DNA of 47,565 bases from Pelomyxa schiedti (taxonomy: Eukaryota; Protista; Evosea): NCBI GenBank assembly GCA_020536535.1, contig JAHLWZ010000920.1, positions 1 through 47,565 of the forward strand, read 5' to 3'. A program made the translations under genes and the position numbers. The first letter of the stretch is position 1. Every line of letters starts with the position of its first letter. Positions 10,832 to 21,250 of this stretch are shown piece by piece. Under the pieces are notes generated by a model. It worked only from the letters and a program-made list of their open reading frames with translations. It did not search any database and was not told the origin of the DNA.

Positions 10832-13800
10832 TCAGGACAGAACCTTGTCAAGAACGAGGGCGAGTGAGGAGAGCGATGCCGGTTTGCTAACATACTCGTT
10901 CATTCCTGAGGGATTGTTGGGAGTGTTAGCGGCCGGGTGTGAAGCACAGCGGCTTGTTACCTGCTTCTGTGCATTTGGTTTTATCTCCTTCAAGTGCGTG
11001 TGCTGTTAGGGCTATGATAGGGGTGGTAATCCCTAATTTTCGTATCTCTTTTGTTGTTTGGTAGCCATCCATCTTGGGCATCTATTAGAAATAAGGTTTG
11101 GTAGGATTTCGTTGAACGGGTTGTAATACCTGGCAATCCATGAAGATGGCATCAAAAGGCTGTTTATTGACAACAATCAGGGCTTCAATACCATTATCAA
11201 CTGCTGTGACTCTATGCCCAAGGCGTGCAAGTTGGGCATTAATAACTTTCTGGTTCACAGGGTTATCCTCAACAATGAGGATAGTGAGTGCCCTTTTTGC
11301 TCTTGGTATTGACGCTTCTTCACTCCTGTGGAAGGGCAGTACTTTCAAAGAAACAGAAGGCAAGGAAAATGGAATTGTCACACAGAAGGTGGAGCCCTTT
11401 CCAGGGGAACTCTTTGCTTGGATACTCCCACCCATTACTTCCGTCAGCTGCTTTGCAATGGCAAGTCCAAGTCCACTTCCTCCATATGATCGGGACGGGG
11501 AAGAATCAATCTGAGTGAATGGTTGGAATAGCTTGCTGAGATTTGTTCCTGCAATTCCAATTCCTGTATCTTCAACCTCAAACAGCAAAGTGATAGTTGA
11601 AGATGCATTTGCTCTGTCTGAAGCAGAAACCCTGAGGTTGACACTGCCAACTTCCGTGAACTTGACTGCGTTGCCCACCAAATTTGTGAGAACTTGCCTC
11701 ATTCTGTTCTGGTCACCACACACTTGTAAAGGAGTGGCGTTGGATATCTCCGCTGTTAATTGTAACCCTTTCTGTTCCGCTTGAGGCGTGAACAACGCTG
11801 TTATGCTCGTAACTAGTTTATGTACATCAAATGGCTCACAGACAAGAGTAAGCCGGTGTACATCAAGCCTGGCAAGGTCCAGAACACTGTTCAATACACT
11901 CAACAAGCTGTCACAAGAAGACTGCAGAATCGTTACATATTCTTGCTGGATTGCCGTGAGAGAAGTTTCAAGAAGCAAGTCCGCCATTCCAATCATTGCA
12001 GTGAGTGGGGTACGGATTTCATGGCTCATATTCGCCAAAAACTAATAGTAATTAAATGGACTAGTTTCAAAGAAAAAAGACACACCTCACTTTTTACTTT
12101 TGCTGACTCCATTGCCGCATCAGTAGCCCGTACAAGTTCAGAGTTCAGTTTCGTTAGCTCCTTGGTTCGTTCAGCTACTTTTCTCTCCAACATTTGCGCA
12201 AATTCCTTTTGCTCGTGGATATCAGTTGAGGAGCCAAACCAGCGTACAACAGTTACATCGGCGGTGCCTGGATAAATTCCTGGGTTGGCGTTATGCAGAA
12301 CATGAAATAGGAGGTATACGTTTCATATCCCCATTGATGTCACCTGCAAGTAGGGGAACACCTCGAGAAAGAATCCATCTGTACTGCCCATCCCATCTCC
12401 TGACCCGGTGTTGTACTTCAAAAACCGCAGTACTACGAATAGATTTCTCCCAGATTTCCAAGGTCGAACGTACATCTTGAGGGTGAACATAGAATGTCCA
12501 CAGATCCTTTGGAGGAACACCAGAAAAAGATGAACCCACAAAGCTATACCACTGCTTATTCACGTAGTCAATTGTGCCATTTGGCTAGGTACCGTTAATA
12601 AAGGGTAATAGGGAAAAGATGTACCTCTGCTGTCCATACAATCTGGGGCAGCGACTCCATCACTGATCGCAACCGTTTTTCACTCTCAATTAGTTGTAGT
12701 TGAGCACGTTTGATGTCTGTTATATCTCTTCCTTTCACACCAAGACCACACTTTCCTCCTGGGAGTGGTGCCGCAAAGCAAGTCAAATCCCACATTTGTA
12801 CAGTAGGATCTTCTATTGATTTGCTGTATTCAGCATCGAAGGGGATTCCCTTTGACACGTGATCTAAGGCAGGTTGCAGTACACTGGTGCAAAAGTCACT
12901 GTCCAGATCTGCACAGTTCTTGCCGATGAGTTTACTCTCCTCTTTGACATAGAAAAAGCTCAAGGCTCGCTTGTTTACTTTGATTACTCTGAGGCGCTGT
13001 TTGCGGCATGAGAGTGAGGCATTATCACGAGAAAGTTACATCGTCCAGCAGCATGAGGAGTCCCGGAGAAGCATTGAAGTATGATTGAAAAGTTGCTTCA
13101 CTAGCTTGCAAGTTTTCCTCAGCTTTCTTTCGAACACTGTTTGTGGTAAATTTGTGCTTTTTGAAGGGTTTTTACCTTATATCCTCCAAGGCTGCAAGCA
13201 TCAATGGAGTGTGGTCGACGGAGTTGTGCACTGCAGTTTTTCTTGTGTGAACCCACAAAATTGTCCCATCTGTCCTGATAAGGCGATGTTCTAAATCAAA
13301 GAATTGTATAGTTCCTTGTCGCAATCTGCACAGAAGTCACAAAAGACAATAGATGGAATTAGTTCCTTGTGTTCTCTTTCTCGAACTCCAGTCTATCTTC
13401 TTCGAAAATAATAGTCTCCAGACGTTTTCCACGCAGTTTAGAGCGACTTTCCCCCAAAATGTGGCACGCATGCTCATTAACAGCACTGAATTCATCCCTC
13501 TCGTTAAATTCTATCAGACCAACACCGGCATTTTGAAATATAACTTTCAAGTGTTGTTCACCCTGTGAGAATAACATTAATCATGAAACTGATTATGCGT
13601 ATCTACCTGTGTAAGTGCCTCTTCGGCACGCCTTCTTAGCCTGATATCATAGACCATAAATAGGGTCAAACAAGTAAATCCAACTCCAACAGAGAGAGAA
13701 TATGCCGCATATGCAAAGTTGGCGCTGTTGTCGCATTCCCCCAAAGCAGGGAAAGACACCCAACCAAGGAGCCTCAACGCAACCCACACGCATATACAAA

Positions 13801-13900
13801 TCAGCGCCACAAGCACAGATAACAGTAGCGGGCATGGAAATGGCAACGATCTAGGATATGACGGTGCAGGGAGTACATTTACAACAGTACTGTCGCTCAT
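10832..13900 (-). CDS. Membrane-bound hybrid sensor histidine kinase (2 TM, 3 PAS, HisKA, HATPase, REC)
   Basis: H-box [14 protein letters not shown]-box [15 protein letters not shown]1 DTGIGI, G2 GSGLGL, and receiver VEDN...MDCQ|MPKMDG...TAHA...KP. Three PAS repeats ([23 protein letters not shown]). The start could be 13942. Confidence 0.93.
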
Positions 13901-14429
13901 CGAAATACACTTGCACGCATCTTGGCAACTTCCGGCGAACATGAAGCACGTCGTTCCTCGCCAGGGACATTTTCTGTGCGGAAACACAACGTGAGTATCA
14001 AAACATCGGAGATTGAGCAACGATGCGAGCAAAAGAAAAGGTCACGCACCCCGCACTACCACCGAGGCCCATGTCAAAGATTCGTATTAATGTTTTACTT
14101 CTGATGAGATCTGCGGTGGCATTACGTATTGACCCATGCCGGCACTGGCAGCAACCGCTAAAGGCGGGTTTCGTCGAAAGCCGAAATTTGATCAAATTTT
14201 GATGATGATTTGCGTTTCTCCTTAAAGAGCGGAAAAGAAAAAAAATCACAGGTCACGGGTGATGCTCTGTCAGGGGAATGGTGTCAAGAAAAAAAGTGGA
14301 CGGAGGAAGTTGCCGTTTTTTGCAAATCATTTTAATTAAACAATATCCTGGAGGCATCCTCGACGTGAGATCACAGCGTGCCGCATTTGATTCCAAGACA
14401 ACCGAATAAGATTTCGCACCACCTAAACC

Positions 14430-16204
14430 ATGCAAGACCTAGTTAATATTGGCGCCGTACCTGGCTCGATCACTTTGCTCAAGTGAATTCTCTTTCTAAA
14501 CGTGATACAAGGTCACCTTTGTTAATTGTGTGCAGAGTAAGAAGGGAAGATATGAACAGACTTTCTCCAGCAATATTGCCTTTACTACTGTACCCACGGT
14601 GAATACCTCCGATCGACATTAATCTTTGTTAATTTCATTTAGAAAATCGTCTCGATTTTTCATCTTCATAGAAACAGGTATGAGGCTTAGCCTCTTGTTT
14701 AATCTTGACATATCTTAGACTCTGAGATCTCTTTGTTTCTAGATCAACAGACGTCGCAGTATGCTTTTTTTCCTTTTCATCCATCACTTACTTCCATCAG
14801 AAATTTCTCCTACAAATATGTAAGACCTTGTTCGACGAAATGGCGTGCTCTTTCTATAGGAACTGGTGCATCAGTTCAAGGTAATTACACTGAGATATTA
14901 TGTAGTCATCTGATTTGTCCAAGGGGCCATTGCTCAAGTATCGTCCCTACTTAGGTATAGTGACTGGGTTCCTTTCCCTTATAACACCTTAACAGTGCAC
15001 TTGGTGTTCCTATGTTTGTGGTCTCTACGTATGCCAACTACGCAGCTTTTTTGTGATTTTAAACCGGCACAAGGTTTGACTTGGACTACATTCTAGTCCC
15101 AGAGGATTCTTTGACCCGAACTGTATCTGTATTGATGAAGAAGTTTTCGCCAGACTCTTCACTTCTACAACAACTTCAGCAGCAACACCTGCAGCAGCAA
15201 CAGCAGCTCCAACAACAACAACAGCAACACTTACAACAACTTCAACAATTACAGTTGCAACAACCGCTGGACAGTCACACAGAACAACCTGACACAACAA
15301 ACACCGTGCAAAATCCAACTGATCTAGCAGAACACTCCGAGCTTTCTGACCACTCGGATCTTGCGGACTACGACCACTCCATAGCCGACAGTGAGTCCAG
15401 CACACCTCTCGGCTCGTGCACTGTTGACGACTACCCTGGAAATAAGTTTGCCTTGCACACAGAAAAGTAATCTCCGTTATCTAAGATGGTTTTTGTATTA
15501 ATTCTCAAAATTTGTACTAGAGTGATCTTAACAAGGTATCATTATTCAACAGTTGACCTATGCTCTAAAAATTCTAAGACCCAGAGACCTGGATAGTATC
15601 ACTCAGGCACTACTTCGGATGATGTTTTACCCCACAAAGTACCAACTTTGGAGTCTCTAAATTTTCTTACTCCTTGCAGGCCTAACTGGTTCTTCTGTTA
15701 TGTTGGTATTGGCATATGTTCTATATTATTATCTCCTCCTAACTCCGCCAGACATTGCTGAAGAAATATCCGTTTATATGTCCGAAACACTTTACAATAA
15801 TTTCCCACATAGATCTATGGTGAAACTCAATAATAACTTTGATCTTTCTTGTACTAAAACCAATAAGTGTGAATCTAGTGAGTGGCGAGTACTACAGTGG
15901 CTGAACAAAAGTTCCAAAGTGTCTTTTCTCTCTGAAACAAAGGCACTCAGTGAGGCAAGCGTTCCTCTTGCGATAGCTGGTTTTGATGTCTTATATCTTT
16001 CAAGCTTCACCAGCTCTTATTTGATGGTGAGGAACGCCACTACGGGAACATTCTAACAGCCCACAGGTACAAACCGAGAAAATCAGTGGTGCTGTTACCG
16101 CACTATTACACAGCCATGTCAATGTAGTGAACGAGTCCCGCCAGCCTCTCGTCGTGGAAGAACCCGTAGAAGACGAGCTTGCAACACTAGGAAACATTTA
16201 CTAA
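14430..16204 (+). CDS. CASTOR/GATS-like four-ACT-domain protein with a poly-Gln linker
   Basis: Spliced first half: ILPLLLYPRKSSRFFIFIETDSEISLFLD...WRALSI...LGVPMFVVSTFDLDYILVPED. Second half: LLRMMFYP...FFCYVDIAEEISVYMSE...WRVLQ...PLAIAGFDVLYLSSFTSSYLMV. Both are collinear with the two halves of CASTOR1. Confidence 0.8.
15166..15262 (+). repeat. CAA/CAG-rich poly-Gln/Leu coding repeat
   Basis: Encodes LQQLQQQHLQQQQQLQQQQQQHLQQLQQLQLQQ between ACT2 and ACT3. Confidence 0.85.
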
Positions 16205-16576
16205 CCATAAACAAGAAGCAAAAAAAACAAACGGCGTTCTAGTTGCAATTGCTTTTCTTGGAGAATTTTTCTCTTTGGAAGAAAACCCACAAGTACCAGC
16301 CACGGGCTGGAACAAAAGCCGAAGAAACTGAGAAAAACAGACTCAACCCTAAATCTCACACCGCTGGACGCGACCTGCAGGCAACCACCTGCAGCGATGT
16401 AACATGCGGTTCATCGATTTTCAAGTGTAGTACCTGTTCTTTTCGGGGTGCCCTCTAGAAATAGTGTGGCCCTCCAGCAACCTTCCGTTGCGAAGAACAA
16501 TTTTTTGCGGCCTGCGACGGACGTGTCCGTCGCGGGCCCCTTTAGCAGAAACACGAAAAAACCAAACACACGGAAG

Positions 16577-19539
16577 ATGCCGGGTCTCAGTTGCCACAGG
16601 ATCGTGGTGTGGTCATTGATGAGGACGCTGTACAGAGACGAAGAGTGCCGCTCCGTGGTGTCGTCGTGGGACACTGCGGCGTCGTCGCTGTGCCGGTCGT
16701 TCGTGGTGCGCCACATCACGACGTGCGGCGGAGGCATCGTGAAGTCGTCGATGTCTGTTACGGGGACGGCGGCGGTGCCTAAAGTGGGAGGCCCGCGGGA
16801 ATTGTGGGATGAGATGAGGCATTATGTTGGGTCCAGGGTGGAGCCGTCGCAGCTCGAGGCTGTTCTGGCACTTGCTAATCAAATGGTAATGCTCCAAAGT
16901 CCTCATTGTGGGTTGTTTCTGGTGGCCATCATCACATTTTGTGCCTTTTTTTTATTTTTTATTTTGTGGATACTGCTATTTGCTCATGTGCATTTTGGGA
17001 ATGAATGGGTACAGCTTATGGAAATTGTGTCCACACAGCCACCTATGGGACTCCACAGACTTGCCTCTGACTCACTACAGCTAATGCAAGTTGCGAGAAG
17101 CACACCTGAGGACTCAGATTCAAAACCTCTAATAGTATGGAAAAACCGCTGTGGGGTGGGGGGGTGGAGTAGTCAAAAAGATGGAATTATGGCAAAATAG
17201 TGATTCGATAGTTTTAAGAAGTATACTTGTGACCACAGCAACCATGGAGCCCGTTTGGAATTTTCATGAGACAAAATATTGCCAGTTTGAGAACTCTTTC
17301 TTTTTTGCAGCAGTGTGATGTCACACGTTCCTTGTCACAATTTCTAAGGGAAGGACACACAACTGTATCTATCCATCCACTTTTTCTTTCACTTTTTATT
17401 TAAAATAAAGCAATAATTAGTTAGCAGGACTTCAATTCCTCGGGATGTCACGAGAGTGAAACATCCCTAATCAGGCAATACATCTCTGCTTTTCCAAGTT
17501 GATCCTACTTATTCACTTGTTCTCCCAACTCAATAAAGAAAAGGCCTTCTTGGGTTCTGGAGTTACACAGAAATAAGGCACTTGATTTCTAATGTCAAGT
17601 TAATGGGAGGGAGCACTCCTTCTGTCCATTGGCTGAAGTTAGTAATCTTTTTTTTTCTCAGTGCTAATGGATGTAAAAGGTTTTTAAATGAGCTGTATCA
17701 TCACTCTGATAAAGCTGAGTACCACTTACATCGCTACTATGATGCCCACTACCGTCTTACTCCTCAAATGCCCGCAACACTCCCCACATCAAATGTCACT
17801 TCGCCTTGTGCTCTTTTATCACTTGCGCAACTTCACGATGAGTTTCGCCAATCGACCCTTTCCAGTGTGGCATTAAGGGAAGCCAGGGAGGTTGCACAAG
17901 AGCGCGGGTTGCACACAGACCCACATATCCAGGCTTGGATGCACTCTCTTGAGCAAAAGTACGAGTCTTGGCAAATTTTATTGTCCAACACTTCTTAGGG
18001 GAGATACAAGTCAACTGTCGTCCTTGCACCCTCTTTATCAGCCACCACAAGACTCGATCAAATCAATACCTGAAATTACTTCCACTGGTCAAAGAAGAGA
18101 AACGGAGTTACCAAAGAAACCCTTTTCAGATGCAAACACGTATACTCCCAACTAAGTTTCGATCTTATGAGTTATTAGTCAGTACCTCTGTCAAGGCACC
18201 GAGTTTAATGAAGCTCAAAATGAACAACTCTCTGCAGCTTTATCAAATACCATCTTTTGGTCAAATAACGGTAACCCAAGCATGTCTGCAGCGTGGAAGA
18301 AAGTTTCAGATACACTCTGCCCTACAAAGGTCTCAGTGGAAACACCCGTTTCAAGTTCATGCATTACTCATAATCTCGGAAAACAATCCATCTTAGTTTG
18401 TTTCTCTTCTTCATAATTGGTCGTTAACTGGCACAGGAACTGGAAACTGGACATGTAACTACCTCTGTCAACACGCTATGTACCGCATCAACAATCATGA
18501 GTCACTCGGAGTCTCCTTGTGGGAAGTACTTCAGATGCGTTCTATATTGGGTCCTTGCTTCCATTTCAGCGCGTCGCAAGATGCTTCCTTCTGTTAGGCA
18601 GTTGCTTTTACGTGGATTTGCCGGAATTGCAGAGGGTCTTCCCAGTCACACCACAGCCAATTGCTCTTCCCAGAGCCAGTTGACGTCGTGGCTTCAAGGG
18701 CTGTTTGATGCTCTACATGGAAACTATGTGCAGGTATATGCCCTTGCATAGCATCCGATACTATACAATGTTAAATCATGCCAAGGCACATCGGTGCCTT
18801 ACCAGGTCTTGTTCAAAGTATGCAGGACAACCACCTCCACCAGACTCCGTGTCTTTACACGATGTGGAATGCCTCACCAGAGTTGCTTATCTATACAATG
18901 TATGTATGCCCATAGCAGCCTGGTAAAGCTCTAACAACTTTCCCCGGCCCCAAGGTCTCAGGCAATCCCTTGCGGGGAATGTGGTCGTCACTTAGCACAT
19001 ACTTGTGGTGCAAATCCCATAAGCAGAGCCAAATGACTGCCGAGTCGGCGCTATTGCTGTGCCACGCCATGCTGTATGGCTTACGGAGCCCGCAAACGGC
19101 CTTGAACTTCCTCGACAAGATAGACCGCTACATACCCGAAGACAGAGGGGAGGCCCCGGCCAAGCTCAAGGCGCAGTCGCAGTCGCTCAGGGCCCGGTGC
19201 CTCATCGCACTCGCGCCGGGGGGCCACCCAAGCTCGGCACCCATTCTCTCCGAAGCTGCCAGGCTGCTTTCGCAAGCCGGGATACAGTTCGAGGCAGCAC
19301 TGCTCATCGAGGACGCCGCGGAGTGCATGCACGCGCTCAGCCTCACCGCCCACGCGCTCCACTGGGCGGCGATAAGGAACTCGGCGGCCAGGGCATGGAA
19401 GTCACTCACCACAATGGCATTACAAGCACAGAGCACAGCGCCGTCGTCCCTGGACACTCCTTGGGCGTGCCATTCACTGCACGATGCACTCGAGCACTTC
19501 TTGGCCACCAACCCACAGACCCACTTCTGCTCCCTGTGA
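16577..19539 (+). CDS. ANAPC5: Anaphase-promoting complex subunit 5-like TPR protein
   Basis: AEYHLHRYYD...ALLSLAQLHDEF...ALREAREVAQE matches the APC5 signature (LxxYFD...ALLNLAxLH.FG...ALxEAIRIAQE). The N-terminus is CHRIVVWSL and the helical C-terminus ends ...HALHWAAIRNSAARAW. Confidence 0.7.
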
Positions 19540-19631
19540 ACCCCCTCTTAACTTTCTAAGAAACACCCATCAAGCAATATATAAAACGAGGAAAATAAAA
19601 AATAAAAAAAAAAAGGAAAAAAAAAACGACG

Positions 19632-20763
19632 ATGGCGGGTATTTGGGAGCTGCCAACGGAGTTTGGATACGAGTCAGCGTGCAAAAATAGATACAATATG
19701 CCTTCAGTGGTCAGCCCTAAAGGTTGAAACCAAACCAACTTTTTTTTATTACTCCAAACCCCATGATTTGTGGTCCTTTCCTTTTTTAACTGTTTGTGCC
19801 ATCAGGACTCAAGATTGAGCTGATGGTCAGCAATGGGTTTGTGAGACTGTATAATCAAACAGGGAGGGCATATCTAGTAGCACAGGGAAACACTCTTCAC
19901 GTGACTCCTGACTGGAAAGTCCATTTCTCTGTTTGCAAGGAGGACATTCCACGGGCATGGTGTGCTACTAGTGCTGTTTTATTATCTGAAGAAAAATGAA
20001 CATTAGAATCATCTATCTACACTCTCGCATATTTTGCATCAATGACCTTCTTGACAGGGGAATATTGACAAACTTTGTTGTAGAATGCAACTTGGTTGCC
20101 ACAGCCATGAAGGCCGTAACTTTCTTGGATTCTTCTATTGACGGGGATAGATGGCCTGAAACAATGCATGGGAGGGAAATTACTGTTTATATTTATAAAT
20201 ATCATTCCTCGTATGTACTTCATTGAGGGGTTTGCAACGCTAATATACGCCTCTACCAGATACGGGAAGGGAATAGAATACACTGAAGACGGTAAAAATC
20301 TTTTGATTCCTTTACGGAAATGTGACGAATGCCCACCTCGATTCTGGCTCGACTTTATCTCGAAGGCTGATAAAATGGTGCGATTTTTTTTTTTTCTTAG
20401 TCGGACTCAGCCCCTGTCTAAAAACAGCTTGCCAATGAGAATATCCATACAAATGGGGGATGTGCCAAGGGTGATTTGCCAATGGGGAAGTATGCCAGTT
20501 TGAGAAATGAAGCCTTTGTGCTCTGGCCAAAAGAGGTCATACATGCCGATCCCAAAACCTCCAGTAAGGAACCTGAACTGGAGTACTGTTATCCTCCAAA
20601 TGAAAGCGGCTGGAATGGCGCCAATCACGAGCCTCCTTTCCCTCTAACAAGACTAGGAAAGTTATATGCCTCACCACTAACCAGAGTTGCCATATTTATG
20701 TGTTGTGCTTGTCTGGCCTTGGCCATTTTTCTCGCCGTATCTCCACACAACACGAATCCCTGA
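19632..20763 (+). CDS. OspF/SpvC-like phosphothreonine lyase homologue with a C-terminal hydrophobic segment (283 aa, 4 introns)
   Basis: Introns at 19723-19805, 19960-20057, 20211-20259 and 20378-20427 (all GT-AG) give an 852-nt open CDS. Motifs in order: DWKVHFSVCKEDIPRAW, TAMKAV, GREITVYI, DFISKADKMLANENI and GDLPMGKYASLRNE. The 3' end may extend if another intron is used. Confidence 0.75.
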
Positions 20764-21250
20764 AGCCAAAGAACATTTTGTACAAACATTTTTCCTATTG
20801 GTTCTTTACTGTTCCCCAAAACCCTGCAGAATCGTTCTGTTTGCATCGCTACTTGCCTCACCTGGCAAGTCACAGAACATCCAAAGCCTGGAAGAACACA
20901 TGTCAGGACACTGGAAAAAAGTGAATAAACATCTGCTGTTGGTACGAAAGAGCAAGTTTCATTCGTGGATTGGCCGTTCTAACACTTACAGTGCGGAGAA
21001 TGCAGTCGAAGCAGCAGAAAAAACCGTTGTTCCTTAGCATAATTCCAACTGGTTAGCGTAACCAAGACGAAGTACAAGTACTTCAGGGCGCATTAAAAGC
21101 CCGTTCACATGAAAACAACCATTTCAACCAAATAACCAAAACGATAAAGCGAGCGGCAACGCGAACCAACGCAACTTACGGGCCGTGCTACCCACGCGAA
21201 ACGAACGAACGAACGCTAAGCGCGTACTACCTACTACTACAACACAAAAT

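Noticed and set aside
10832-13900. Bacterial contamination or endosymbiont DNA (histidine kinase, BtpA, MFS, lyase)
   Set aside because: All four carry multiple spliceosomal introns and are interleaved with eukaryote-specific genes.
14101-14182. Hammerhead ribozyme (CTGATGA...GAAA) or U4-like snRNA (cggcactggca)
   Set aside because: Stems I and III and a cleavage triplet cannot be built convincingly, and the U4 similarity is only about 11 nt.
4528-20763. Functional cluster linking the STE kinase, histidine kinase and phosphothreonine lyase
   Set aside because: Unrelated housekeeping genes lie between them, and adjacency in a eukaryotic genome is weak evidence.
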